64,000 nucleotides of DNA from Octopus vulgaris (GCA_951406725.2 OX597814.1:217062001-217126000); one strand, 5' to 3'; positions 27,233 to 40,110 are shown, counted from the first letter of the stretch. Translations and numbers: made by a program. The notes: generated by a model not told the origin, from the sequence alone.

Positions 27233-27392
27233 CTTTCAAGTAAAGAAAACTGTGGTAGTGGTTGGACTGCCAGGCCACTGCTAGTCCAGCAAACCTTGTC
27301 AGCTGGTAAATAACCAAGCATTTAGCATAAAGCTATTGATTTGTGTTATATGGTGATGCTAACATCATGGAAATGGTTTATATTACTAACAT
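27233..27392 (-). other. Candidate exon (160 nt)
   Basis: Minus strand: TTTCCTCTTACAG| acceptor and AAG|GTGAGT donor around unique sequence. Stops in all three frames from the acceptor; an internal ATG opens MLGYLPADKVCWTSSGLAVQPLPQFSLLE up to the donor. Confidence 0.45.
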
Positions 27393-27484
27393 CTGTAAGA
27401 GGAAACTTTCACCCATCACTCCAGTTTAATGTTTCACTTTGAATTCTCTCAAATATACAAACTGTGACATTTGTTGTATATGTA

Positions 27485-27709
27485 TTTACTTATTTTAGTC
27501 ATTAGACTGCGACCATGCTGGGGCACTGCCTTGAAAAGCTTAGCTGAACAATTCAACATCAGTGTGTTTTGTTTGTTTTTTCTTTTTGAAGTTTGATACT
27601 TATTCAGTTGGTCTAATCTGCCAAAACCACTAAGTTATAGACATAAACAAACCAGCACCAGTTGTCAAGTAGTGGAGGGAACAAATATGAGCATACAAAT
27701 ACAGACACG

Positions 27710-27743
<34 letters not shown>

Positions 27744-27905
27744 GATATACACACACAATGGACTTTCACAGAGTTTCCATCAACCACATTCACTCACAAG
27801 GTATTGATTACCCCAGGATAGAAGACACTTGCCCAAGGTGCCATGCAGTGGGACTGAATCCAAAACTATATGATCACAAAGTGAGCTTCTTAATGACACA
27901 GCCAT
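27485..27905 (-). mobile_element. SINE family A, older copy
   Basis: Reverse complement of family A modules; a similar old copy lies at ~31028-31345. Confidence 0.75.
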
Positions 27906-29537
27906 GCTTGCTGTGCCCCAGCATGGCCACAGCCTTACGACTGAAACATGTAAAAGAATAAAAGAATTAAATAAATGGATCTCAGTCAATTTCAATGATG
28001 AGTATTTCGGCTGTTCCGACAAATGACCTGTTTACTCTTGTATAAGTGGCTGAGTATCCCACAGACATTTGTAACCTTAATATATGCCTCAGGCACAATT
28101 AGTGAGATAGTGTGTGACAAGGATGGCCCCTTCAGTTCAACTACAGTTCATCTTGATGTGTGGCCTCCATACAGTTTTTATCTACCCAGCCTCCCCCACA
28201 AAGCTTGGGTTGACCCAAGGTTACAATAATAGACACTTAAAAATGACCTATAGTAGGATTGAACAAGGGACTTCCCGATTATGAAATAAACTTTTTATCC
28301 CCTGGCCATACTTTTATCTATAATACACACACATAAGTATTGGTGTAGGTATGGAAGAGTGATTAAGTTCTATTAATATATATATGAGAAATAGTGAATT
28401 AAGATATTTGAAACAGTATTAAGAATGAATAATAGAGAGACAAATTAGGTCAAGCGGAGAACCAAAACCAGATTACAGGTTCAGTTTGCAAATAGTTTCT
28501 GTCCACAGCGCTTTCTAAGAATGTAATAATAATGCAAAATTCTATTCTATTTAAAGAATATGTTTTTAGCATTTTTCCTTACATATCAATACAGTCTTGA
28601 CTTCTTGATATGCAAAACAATGAAAATAGTAATAGTTCATAAATTCTATTTTATTTTAACCCTTTTGTAATAGTGTTAGATTAATAAAATGTGATAGTCT
28701 TCTCTTTATTAACACTATATCACTTGTTTTAATAATTCTTAATACTTCAAGTATTATGCTCATCATCATTTAATGTCTAACTTGTATATTGGCAAGGGTT
28801 GAACAGTTTGACAAAGTCTTACAAATTGAAGGATTACATCATGCACCATTGTCTATTTTGGCATGGTTTCTGTGCCTGGATACCTTTCCTAATGCTAATC
28901 ACTTTACAGAATGTATTGTGTGTGTGGAGGAGGGCACTAGCAAAGCAAAGGGCTTAAAGTGGATCTTATAACTGAAGGAGAACAAGAGAAAGTGATGATT
29001 GTAAATCTTATGTTAAGAAAATGACAATATTTTTTCTACTATAGGCACAAGGCTTGTAATTTTGGGGGAGAGGGCTAGTTGAATACTTTGACCCTAGTGT
29101 TCATCTGACCCTGAAAGGATGAAAGGTAAAGTCAACCTTAGCAGTATTTGAACTCAGAATGTCAACCTCAGCAGCATTTTGATTGATATGCTAACGATTC
29201 TGCCAACTTGCTCTTTATGACAAAATTGGAAGTGAACAGGCTTTAAGAATTCTTTATGCTTACACAACGGTACTGCATATGCCACCAATCATCATTGTCA
29301 TTGCAGAATAACTGATATTTCAATAATTTATTTATAAAAGTATGAAAATTTTTTTGTTACATTAAACCCTAACCCTTAAATAATCTGAATAAGACTACTG
29401 AATAATGTCTTTCTGCATATTGATAATTTTAGTGCTATAAGGATTAACAACCTAAGCGGGTGTGAAATAGTTTCAATGATGCATGAAAAGTGGGCCACAG
29501 ATTCTGTTAAAGTAGAAATTATTGAGATATCCCAGGC

Positions 29538-29602
29538 ACTCACCTGGAAAAAAATAAATGATAAAATAAAAAAAGAAAAGTAAAAAGAAAAAAAAAATTA
29601 GT
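29538..29602 (-). promoter_or_regulatory. Strong 3' splice site fused to a 5' splice site (candidate recursive splice site)
   Basis: Minus strand: ACTAAT branchpoint-like motif, ~50-nt T-rich polypyrimidine tract, TTCCAG|GTGAGT. Confidence 0.55.
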
Positions 29603-29842
29603 CCTGTTTCAGAGGGACATTTACCTTTTGTATCTCTTCCTCACACATGAATGCCAGGCTAAAGATATATCCTCAATAATAGCAAAAGAGGAAATATTTG
29701 AACAGCTGATATCAAAAGACATTCCTCTATAATTTATATGCTGCTCTCTGTTGTTGATATTTTTTTTACATTTTTTAGGTTAATTTCTCAATAAGCATAT
29801 CACCTCAGAGCAAAGTTGGGTGGATAACATTTTAGAGATGTA

Positions 29843-30243
29843 CAGGTGCAAGCATGGCTGTGTGGCAAGAAGCTTGATTCTCAACCACATGGTTCAACCC
29901 TACTGCATGGCACCAAGGGCAAATGTCTTGTATGATAGCCCCAGGCTGACCAAAGCATTGTGAGAAGATTTGGTAGGCGAAAACTGGAAGAAGCTTGTCA
30001 TATATGTATAGGTATGTGTTTGTGTTACAGTCTCTTTGGCTTGACCATTGCATAGCAGTTGTAAGCTAGTGTCATCATGATGCAAACGACATCCTTTGTA
30101 TCCAATCATCCATGTGTCTGGTTATGGGAAAATATTACTTTACTTGGAAACAGGAAAGGCATCTGACCATAGAAAATCCACCTCAACAAGTTCCATCTGA
30201 CCCATGCAAGCATGGAGAAGCAGACATTAAAATAATGATGATG
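29843..30243 (+). mobile_element. Hybrid SINE family E
   Basis: Family A head and CORE-like block joined to a CTTGGAAACAGG..AAGGCATC..GACCCATGCAAGCATGG..(GAT)n 3' end. Confidence 0.72.
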
Positions 30244-31895
30244 ACAATTCTGTGAAACCCAAACATTAAGCCAATCCCTTTATAAATCACCAGAATTCAT
30301 AAAGATGGTGTTTGTCTCTTATTTCCACAGCAATAAGCTGATAACCAAGAATAAGATGCTATCATGTCCAGCAGAGTTAACTTTGCAGTTAGGCAAAACT
30401 GAACTCAGTACTGCAAGTTAATGAACCACTCACCAATACAAGCTAATTAACTCCTCATCAATGCAACATTGCTGTGGCTAGTGCTGGTTGCAGCAGGGAA
30501 TTACACCAACCACAGAACCTATTCACAGACTTTCGAGGCAATGAAGGTTACATGGTTGCTTCAACCTATAAGAAGTAGCAGTTAATTATCTCACAGATCA
30601 TGTTTTCAGAAAGGACCCACTAGATGTCATAGTTTTAGATATGCAATATTCAAGAAAAGACAAAATGATCGCAGTCAGAACATCATTGATTACAGTTCTG
30701 CTGGATCAGGGCTGACTTGAGACTAAACAACAACCTAGTCACAATGGATACAACACAGTGCCATTGATAGGATCTGAACTCTTGAACTCTCAGCTGGTTG
30801 CTAAGTATCCTATTGACTTGTCCACCCTCATGTACATATGCTCCCATTTAGCTATCTTCCAGAGGTGACCAGTAAATGACATACCTAGTACCAGCTTATT
30901 TACCAACAGCAGACTAAGTACAGTTATGCATGTACTGACCCCACAATGACATGAGTGTGTTATGATAAGAATTTTGGATCTTTACTTCAAGAATCTGAAT
31001 TTATTATTTTTTATTTTTTTTAAATTTTTACTTGTTTCAGTCATTGGACTGCGACCATGCAGGGGCACTGTTTTGAAGAGTTTTCATCAAACAATTGGCC
31101 ACAGTATTTTTTTTTTTTTTTTAATCTAGTACTTATTCTATCAGTCTCTATGCCTAACTGCCAAGTAACAGGTTAGTAAACAAACCAACATTAACCATAA
31201 AGTGGTGATGGAAACAAACAAAAAAGACATATACACACACACATATATGTATATAAGCTCTAGTTTCTATCTACCATAGTCATTCACAAAGCATTGGATC
31301 AGTTAGGGGCTACAATAGAAGACACAGGTGTTGTGCAGTGGGACAGAGTAGCTGTATGGTTAAGAAGCTTGCAAAAGGGTGAGGAGTAAAATGTAGGCAA
31401 ATAGTGACTTCTGCTAAGATAATGTTAGCAGTGAACCATGGACATTAGTGTATATATGTGGAGAAAAGAATTTCCAGAATTAATTCAAATACATAAGTAC
31501 TGTATTTCATGACAAATATGGTTTTGAAAAAGTTAACTTTTGTGTTATCAAACACTGAAGAATTTAATTAAATAACAATAATTTCCTATTATTGCCAGCT
31601 AATTTACATTTAGCCCTCTTATACCAGCAATATCCGGCCAAAATATTCTACCGGTTTTATGTTATTCTCAAAGTTAATCACATCAAAATCTTGAAGCTAT
31701 GAGATATTGCAAGATAAATCCCAAACAATGTGAATAAAGTATTTCATTTGACAGAGTAATCTGAATGCTGAAGGGTTAAAAAAGGAGTAGTAAATAAATT
31801 ATTACACTTGTGAGACAGGTATAATAGCTTATCAAATAGACTTTTGGAATAGTTATCACTACTCCATGGAGAAGAAGGGCAAGGAGTTGGGTGAA

Positions 31896-32116
31896 CCCTT
31901 TTGTTACTAACCCGGCCAAAACCGGCTCTGGTTCTGTGGTAAAATGTCCTTATTTTCATAGGTTTTGAATTAAAATATTCCACCAAGCCTTAGTCACAAT
32001 TTATGTTCCAAACACTAGCTTAATGATAACTAAGTTGTTTTACTAAATTCTTTGTTATATTTAAAATAATTGGAAGAAACTCAGAGCATCTTGAAATAAA
32101 TACAGTAACAAAAGGG
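31896..32116. mobile_element. piggyBac-type MITE, family P2
   Basis: TIRs CCCTTTTGTTAC / GTAACAAAAGGG flanked by TGAA and TTAA; a decayed reverse copy follows at ~32190-32534. Confidence 0.78.
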
Positions 32117-33844
32117 TTAATAAGTTAATTACTAATCTTTCTGTAAATAAAAAAAATTGGCAATTGGTAATAGGAAAATACCAAAATAATTGTAATTAAT
32201 AATTTGGAACATAAATTTTGTATGAAATTTTGATGGAAGGTTTTAATTTACCTTATTTTCTGGCAGACAAGTCAATGTAGTACACAATGTAACCATGTAG
32301 TGTAAACATTCAAACTTTATCCCTATCTTCCCAAATCCTACTGCATTTCACATAGAAGTTTTTGGTTTTCCAAAGTTGTGTTGATTTGTAAGTCAATCTA
32401 CCATTTTTGGCAGTAAATTTTTGTCTGAAAAATTTAACTTGTGTACTAGAAAATATGGTAGATCCCTTTAAAACAGGAAGTTTGTATTATAGAACCAGGG
32501 GCAGCCTCAGGCAAGTTTGTATCAAAAGGGTCAAATCACAATTGAATCTACTGAAACAATCTCTCTTACTCATACTTGAAACAACAGATACATACCCAGA
32601 GGCAGATATGTGAACTACTGTGCAACAGGGTGTTATCTTAGTAGGACAGCTTAACAGACAGATTAATTCATAAATAATTCTTTAACAAATTTAATCATGA
32701 ACATTTTTAAGGATTGGTATCAAATTTTCAAAAGGACTGCGAAAATATGACATAATATATAATGAAACAAGTTGAGTGTGAATTAAAATGGGAGTAAGAG
32801 AGAGATGTGTGTATATGCTCACACATCTAAATGTATATATATGTGCATGTGTATAAATATATATATATATATACACACACAAACTTAAGCATATATATAT
32901 ATCTACACATACACTCACTAATGCTTATATATATATATATATATATATATACATGCACACACACTTTATATATATATATTGTAAATAATTTTATATAGAA
33001 CTACAAAAATGAGAATAATTATGGAATGTTCTGATGGAGTCATGGGGTGCTGTCTGTGAAATATGATGTGTCTGGGAATTTTAAATCTAACTAAACCTGT
33101 CACTCTCCAAATCTGACCATAGCTGATTTTTCTCAGAGAGAAAAAGAGAATGTATAGAATGTAGAAAAGAAAGAGAAAAGGAGAAGAAATGGTACTTTAC
33201 CAACTCCAAAAAGATAAAAGGCAAACTTAACCTTGCGAAGATTTGAACTAACAACTCTGCCAACCTGCTGCCTGTACACATGTATGTATATACACATGTA
33301 TAAATACAGACACACAAATCTATGTACAAATCCACATGCATAATTCTTAAGAGGTTTGCTTTCCACCCTACCACATGGTTTCAGATTCAGTCCCATTGCA
33401 TGGCCCTTGGTCAAACTCTGAGTCAACCAAAAACCTTGAGTGGATTTGGTAAATGGAAACTGAAAGGAACTTGTCATATATAAATGTATGAGTGTGCATG
33501 TATACATGTTACTGTCTCTTTGCCCTGACTTCTTGATGTCGTGATAGCTGTAAACAAGTGTGATCATCATGCAAGCAGTGTCCGTCATTTACAATCTTCC
33601 TTGAAAACATATCTGGATAAGGGGAAATGTTGCCTTACTTGGAAACAGGTGAGGGTTTGTGATAGGAAAGGCATTCAACCATACAAAATCTGCCTCAACA
33701 GAATTCCATCCAACTCATGCAAGCATGGAAAACTAGATGTTAAACTGATCATCATCATCATCATGATCATCATTAATATTAATGTCTGTTGTCCATGCTG
33801 GCAAGGGTTGGATGGTTTATGTATATATATATATATATATATAT

Positions 33845-34112
33845 AAGTTTATATAATTGCGCATAGAAGAATACATTAATCAATGAAATTCCAAATTAGT
33901 CTGATTTTCACATTTTATTATTTACCATTTTCACAATTTTACAATATGGAAATAAACTAGTACTTTCATGTGGACAGTTGCCAATGGTGGGACACAGCTC
34001 CCACTACATAAACCTCATGATTGCGTAAGGCATGAAAGTACTAATTTATTTCAATATTGTAAAAAAATTGTAAATAATAAAATGTGAAAATCAGACTAAA
34101 TTGGAACTTCAT

Positions 34113-34120
<8 letters not shown>
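33845..34120 (+). mobile_element. (TA)n-embedded inverted-repeat cassette with degenerate hammerhead (Penelope pLTR-like)
   Basis: Imperfect ~90-bp arms at 33875-33970 and 34032-34120; TAAAC CTCATGA TTGC GTAAGG GCAT GAAA GTAC TA ATTTA at 34009-34049. Confidence 0.6.
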
Positions 34121-34159
<39 letters not shown>

Positions 34160-34305
34160 CATAAATGAGGGCAAAGGAAAAAAATTCTAATGCCAATTAT
34201 GCCGAAAAATTGGACATATTGTCCATTAACCATATAATTTTTTCACAATACGCACGTTACTCGAAAAAAGGTCAACAGAAATTTCTAAAACATTCCATTA
34301 TTACC

Positions 34306-34360
34306 ATATCGGACCGATTTCAGAGTTAGTTACTAAGAGCCCTCTCTTCATCAGTGATAC
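34306..34360 (-). ncRNA. Type I hammerhead ribozyme motif within a (TA)n-flanked cassette (34155-34395)
   Basis: Minus strand: TATCA CTGATGA AGAG..TTAGTAACTAA CTCT GAAA TCGG TC CGATA; GUC cleavage triplet; A.C mismatch at the base of stem I. Confidence 0.7.
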
Positions 34361-34392
34361 ATGTGGCAAAAGAAATAAATGATCCTCACATT

Positions 34393-34427
<35 letters not shown>

Positions 34428-34432
<5 letters not shown>

Positions 34433-35521
34433 CAAAATAATGGAAACACCTAGCATCATAGCATTATAATTTTGAAATATCTATAAAACCATGAAAAGTT
34501 TGTTTATTTTTATGTTTTGAATTTATTATTAGTGTTGCTTAATATGTTTTGCTAAAATTGCCGTTTCCTTTGAGATATCAGAAAAAGGTAATTAAAATTC
34601 ATTAAAATGACAGATTTATCGGACTTTCATAGAGGTCAAATTGTTGGTGCTCTTATGCCAACAATTTGATGTTAGGGACTATCAGACTCTTATGCGAATT
34701 ATTAGAAAGGATCACAAAATTACATCCAGCTCCAAAATTACTGCAGAGCTTAATGACCACCTTTTTACAGGAGGGCTGCAATTTGAAAACCACCACTTTC
34801 AAAAAAAAAAAAAAACCATTGCAAGGTGTTTAGAGTGGAGTAAAAACCTACAGAATTGGTCCCTAGAGCAGTGGAAGAATGTTATTTTCTCGGATAAGTC
34901 ATCCTTTACCTTATTTCCAACCGCCAGCTGAGCATACGTGTGGAGACAGCCAAAAGAAGCATTTGACCCAGACTGCCTTCTTCCAACTGTTAAACATGGA
35001 GGAAGATCTGTGATGATCTGGGGGTCTTATATCTTGGAAATCTGCCAGCCCAATGGTTTCCCTTCATGGCAGAATTAATAGTCAAGACTATTTAAACATT
35101 TTATCTGACCAAATTCATCCTATGGTTATGGAACTGTTTCCGGAGGGAAATGCAATCTTTCAAGATGACAATGCATCAATTCACACAGCTAAAGTTGTTA
35201 CAGAATGGCACGAGGAACATTCTAGTGAAGTTGAACATCTTATCTGGCCACCGCAGTCCCCAGATCTCAATATTATTGAACATTTATGGTGCATTTTAGA
35301 AAAACAAAGGAGTCAATATCCTCCGCCATCATCACTACAAGAACTGGAGACTGTTTTAGTGGAAGAATGGACAAAAATTCCTATGGAAACAATTCAAACT
35401 TTGTCTGAGTCCATACCTTGTAGAATTTAAACTGTAATTACTGCCAAAGGTGATCCTACTCCATATTAAAATAAATTTGCTTGAAATTTTAAGGCGTTTT
35501 CATTATTTTGTCCAACCCCTG
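34428..35521 (+). mobile_element. Tc1-like DNA transposon (DD36E), internally deleted
   Basis: TIRs TTGGACAAAATAATGGAAACACC / GGCGTTTTCATTATTTTGTCCAACCCCTG|TA; the left terminus is eroded by (TA)n. Confidence 0.92.
34607..35469 (+). pseudogene. Tc1-like transposase, disrupted
   Basis: MTDLSDFHRGQIVGA..., WKNVIFSDKS, PTVKHGGRSVMIWG, FQDDNASIH, WPPQSPDLNIIEHLW, AKGDPTPY*; stops, frameshifts and N-terminal deletions. Confidence 0.92.
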
Positions 35522-36182
35522 TATATATATCTTCACATACTCAAACATGTATTTATGTAGAGATATGGTCCTGTTGGGCTCATCAGTTCCTGTCACAACA
35601 TCTAACCCATGCCAGCATTGAACATGGACATTAAATGATGTTGATTGAATATGATCCAAAGTAGATTTGGCTGTTATTTCTAGATGATCTCAGAACCACA
35701 TAGAAGCTCCCTTGTTGGCTCGTTACACTAGGCTAGATCAGTTAGGAGGCAGATGTTGCTTGTATTCATTTCCTGCAACATGAATACAGGCTATGTTGTG
35801 TTACGGCAATAATTCATTGCCAGACTACATTACCAATGTTGCACCAAAATCCTTTTATTTATTTAATTATTTGCTTAAAAACATTTTTATTCATGTTTGT
35901 GATTAGCAGCATGAAAGTCTAACATCTTAAGGATGGGGGCTGAGTGCTCCATCACAATTACACACTGACCCTCACATGCAAAAAACCTGTCATATTTGTG
36001 TGTGCATTTTATAAATAAATGAATATATATATATATATATATATATATACATGTGTGTGGGTATATATGTGTGTATATATACCGAATAATTGTCACATAT
36101 TATATTACAGATATGTGTATATATGATAGAAATATTAAAATTACTAAGTCTCTATAAAAGAGATTACGACAGCGTTTACTGG

Positions 36183-36228
36183 AAATTAATTGTTATCGCC
36201 ATATTAATATGGCGATAACAATTAATTT
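36183..36228. repeat. Perfect 46-bp palindrome
   Basis: AAATTAATTGTTATCGCCATATTAATATGGCGATAACAATTAATTT equals its own reverse complement. Confidence 0.95.
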
Positions 36229-37384
36229 GTGTATATATGTATATGCATATATGTATATATGTTTAGGAAGGGTATCCAGCTGTAGAAACATTGCCAGATC
36301 AGACTGGAGCCTGGTGCAGCCTTCTGGCTTCCCAGACCCCAGTCGAACCGTCTAACCCATGCTAGCATGTAAAGCGGACACTAAATGATGATGATGATAT
36401 ATGTATCTGTGTGTGTGTGTATATATATGAATGTATATGTGTGTGTGTATACATATGTATATCTGTGTGTATACATATATGTATATCTGTGTGTATACGT
36501 ATGTATATATATATATAACACATACATACATACATATAATATTTTATGATGTGCCCCCTCTCCAGTATTATTCTGTTATTATTCCTGCTAACTTCAAACC
36601 CTTTTATAATTCAGCTTCTGATCATTGTAATCAGGTTCTCAACCAACCTGTTCTACACACCTATAGTATTTGTATACCCAGTTGTTAACATCTGTTCTCA
36701 TATCACAACCTCTCCCATATGCAATCGTATAAACATACAAAGCACTTCTGCAAATCTTTTAACGCACTGACATGCATGCACACAAGAACACCTTTAATAT
36801 CTTCACTTAGTACTAGTACCATACTGCGGGTACTAAATCTGAGTGGGAACTCAAACATTTTACCCAAGGTAATCTAGTACATCACTTTGGAAAATACATG
36901 CCATATGTTTGGATGACATCAAACCAGGTTTATAATTAGTAATGAAAATGTGAAATAGAAATACTGGGGAAGTATATATTAGTACTGTACCTCAAACATA
37001 TATATGTGCATATCCCTGTTTATACAACTATAAGGAAAAAGTATGCAAAATAAGGTTAATTACAATAAGGGTGTAAAATTTTAGCACAAGGCCTGCAATT
37101 TTAGAAGGAAGGATTAAGTCAAATACACTCCAGTGCTCAATTGGTATCTTATTTTATTGACACTGTAAGGATGAAAGGCAAGGTTGATCACAATAGGATT
37201 TGAGCTCAGAATGTAAAATGCCAGAAGAAATGCTGCTAAGTATTTTTACAACATAATAACAAGTCTGTCAGCTCATTGCCTTAAGATTCATTGTCATTTA
37301 ATATCCACTTTTCCATGCTTGCATGGGTCAGATGGAATTTACCGAGGCAAATTTTCTACTGCCAAATGCCCTTCATGTTATCAA

Positions 37385-37830
37385 CCCTTGTTTCCATGAC
37401 AAGCGTACACACACACACACCTGATGGGCTTCTTTCAGTTTCCATCTACCAAATTCACTCATAACGCTATGGTTGACTTGGTGCTATAATAGAAGATACT
37501 TACTCCAGTTTCCATCTACCAAATTCACTCATAAGGCTATGGTTGACTTGGTGCTATAATAGAAGATACTTACTCAAGGTGCAGTAAGTAGATTTGGTTC
37601 ATGGAAACTGAAAGAAGTCCATTGTGTGTGTATGTGTGTGTGTTCCTTGTTTCCATGACAAGCGTACACACACACACCTGATGGGCTTCTTTCAGTTTCC
37701 ATCTACCAAATTCACTCATAAGGCTATGGTTGACTTGGTGCTATAATAGAAGATACTTATTCAAGGTGCAGTAAGTAGATTTGGTTGATGGAAACTGAAA
37801 GAAGTCCATCGTGTGTGTTCCTTGTTTTGA
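37385..37830. repeat. Tandemly duplicated head-to-head SINE junction
   Basis: CAGTTTCCATCTACCAAATTCACTCATAA..AGAAGATACTTA occurs three times; the opposite-strand GATTTGGT..ATGGAAACTGAAAGAAG occurs twice. Confidence 0.8.
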
Positions 37831-38862
37831 CATCACATGATAATTGTGAATGTATGTGGTTGTCATACACCATACAGGCAATGTCATTCATTTCCAATAT
37901 TCTGCAGAAACATGTCTGACTATGAGGAAAATATTGCTTACTTGGAAACATATGAGGTTTGGTAACAGGAAGGGCACCCAGCTGTAGAAAATCTGCTTCG
38001 GTAAGCTCCCCCATCCAACCCATGCAAGCATGAAAAAATTCACATTATGATGATATATTACATTGATTGACAAAACAATGAAGGTATCTGTGAATGCTGC
38101 TAAAATTAACAGCCAAACCTCCTTAAAATTACGAGAGAGAAAGAGAGAGAGATTGGATAATGTATTCCTAGGTAAACTATGTCAAAACGAAAGTAAATAA
38201 CAAAATGACTTATCACTGAAATGTCTTTGAGTATAAGTCTGCTCAAACAGAGCTGATGTGGAGTGAAACAATAATAATAAGCAGTCAGATTTATTGACAA
38301 AATACATCATTTATATGGAGAGAAATCATTCAATGGTTGCCAACATAAGTTGGCATTCTTGAAAGATTTACACCCATAATAAAATCCATTACCTACACTT
38401 TAATAAAGCAATATGTTGAGTCAATGAGAGAAACCACATGTTGTCACACAACTTGTAGGAAATAGTTATTTTGCAACAAATTACACCTGAGTAAAAAAAA
38501 AACCCCAGGATGATTATGGTTGGAATACCATAGATCATATATCTGCTACATCAAAAGTAACCACGGGTTAAACAGCAGTGCCAAAATATTTCACATAAGT
38601 CTATCAAACTTATTCCTTCTTATAATAAAACAAAGTAACTGCACTGATTGCAATAAAAAGCAAAATTACAATATTTGATTATTAAATAAACTGTCAATCA
38701 ATTTTCAAATCGCGCGCGCGCGTGCATATTTGGTTTTGTTCCTCCTCATATTGTAAAAGTTACAACAAGTTCACTCAGCATGAGGGTGGAGCTCAGGTAT
38801 CTGGGATGGTGTTTTTTCAATACTCCCTCCACCACACACACAGTTATGGGCTGTATTAAAAT

Positions 38863-39183
38863 AGTGGCTGTGTGGTTAAGAAGGTTGCTTTATAACCATG
38901 TGGTTTCGGGTTCAGTTCCATGAAGCATCTTGAGCAAGTGTCTTGCGAGTGAATTTGGTAGATGAAAGCTGTGTGGAACCCACTGTGTGTGTGTGTGTGT
39001 CCTGATCACCACTTGACAATGGTATTTGTTTACATCTCTGTAACTTAGCAGTTCAGTAAAAGAGGCTGATGGAATAAGTACCAGACTTTAAAAAATAAGT
39101 ACTGGTGTCAACATGTTTGATTAAACCCTTCAATGTGGTGCTCCAGTATGGCCAAAGTCCAGTGACTGAAGCAAGTAAAAGAT
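38863..39183 (+). mobile_element. SINE family A, older copy
   Basis: GTGGCTGTGTGGTTAAGAAG head through GACTGAAGCAAGTAAAA tail. Confidence 0.75.
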
Positions 39184-39382
39184 GATCCTGATAAAGAACC
39201 CTTCACTCATCAACACAATCCAATAATTTACCTATCTTCAAAACAGCAGATAAGAGCAAGTTCCTCCACTATTCTGCTGCTATTACAATAGTTGGTGATC
39301 TTTCGGAGAAAGCCTATCAAAATTGAAAGTGTTTAGCAATTTCTGTAGAAAATTTTAATTCCTTTCATTTTTTTCAGCTGAA

Positions 39383-39620
39383 TTTTTTTTTTTTTTTTTT
39401 TTTTGTACTTGTTTCAGTCATTTGACTGCGGCCATGCTGGAGCACCGCCTTTAGAGTGGTGAAAGAGTACAGCAGGGATCACCACCTCCTGCCGGAGCCT
39501 CGTGGAGCTTTTAGGTGTTTTTCGCTCAGTAAACACACACAACGCCCGGTCTGGGAATCGAAACCGCGATCCTCCGACCGCAAGTCTGCTGCCCTAACCA
39601 CTAGGCCATTGCGCCTCCAC
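39383..39620 (-). mobile_element. SINE family D with family A-type tail and poly(A)
   Basis: Head and body match 26697-26862; tail is GGCGGTGCTCCAGCATGGCCGCAGTCAAATGACTGAAACAAGTA. Confidence 0.88.
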
Positions 39621-39696
39621 TTATGTTTATGTATTTTTTGTGCACATTTGTATATATACACACACACATACACAAATACACACACACACACATACT

Positions 39697-40110
39697 CTTT
39701 ACTCTCTTTTTACTCTTTTACTTGTTTCAGTCATTTGACTGCGGCCATGCTGGAGCACCACCTTTAATCGAGCAACTCGACGCCGGGACTTATTCTTTTG
39801 TTAGCCCAGTACTTATTCTATCGGTCTCTTTTGCCGAACTGCTAAGTAACGGGGACATAAAAACACCAGCATCGGTTGTCAAGCAATGCTAGGGGGACAA
39901 ACACAGACACACAAATACACACACGCATATATATATATATACATATATAAGACGGGCTTCTTTCAGTTTCCGCCTACCAAATCCACTCACAAGGCTTTGG
40001 TCGGCCTGAGGCTATAGCAGAAGACACTTGCCCAAGGTGCCACACAGTGGGACTGAGCCCGGAACCATGTGGTTGGTAAACAAGCTACTTACCACACAGC
40101 CACTCCTGTG

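Noticed and set aside
29363-29377. TAAACCCTAACCCT telomere-like repeat
   Set aside because: Only about two units; expected by chance.
33025-33080. Possible additional hammerhead (CTGATGG...GAAA TATGATGTG TC)
   Set aside because: The core deviates at A9, and stems I and II do not pair convincingly.
38710-38723. (CG)6 tract, potential Z-DNA
   Set aside because: Too short and isolated to support a functional claim.
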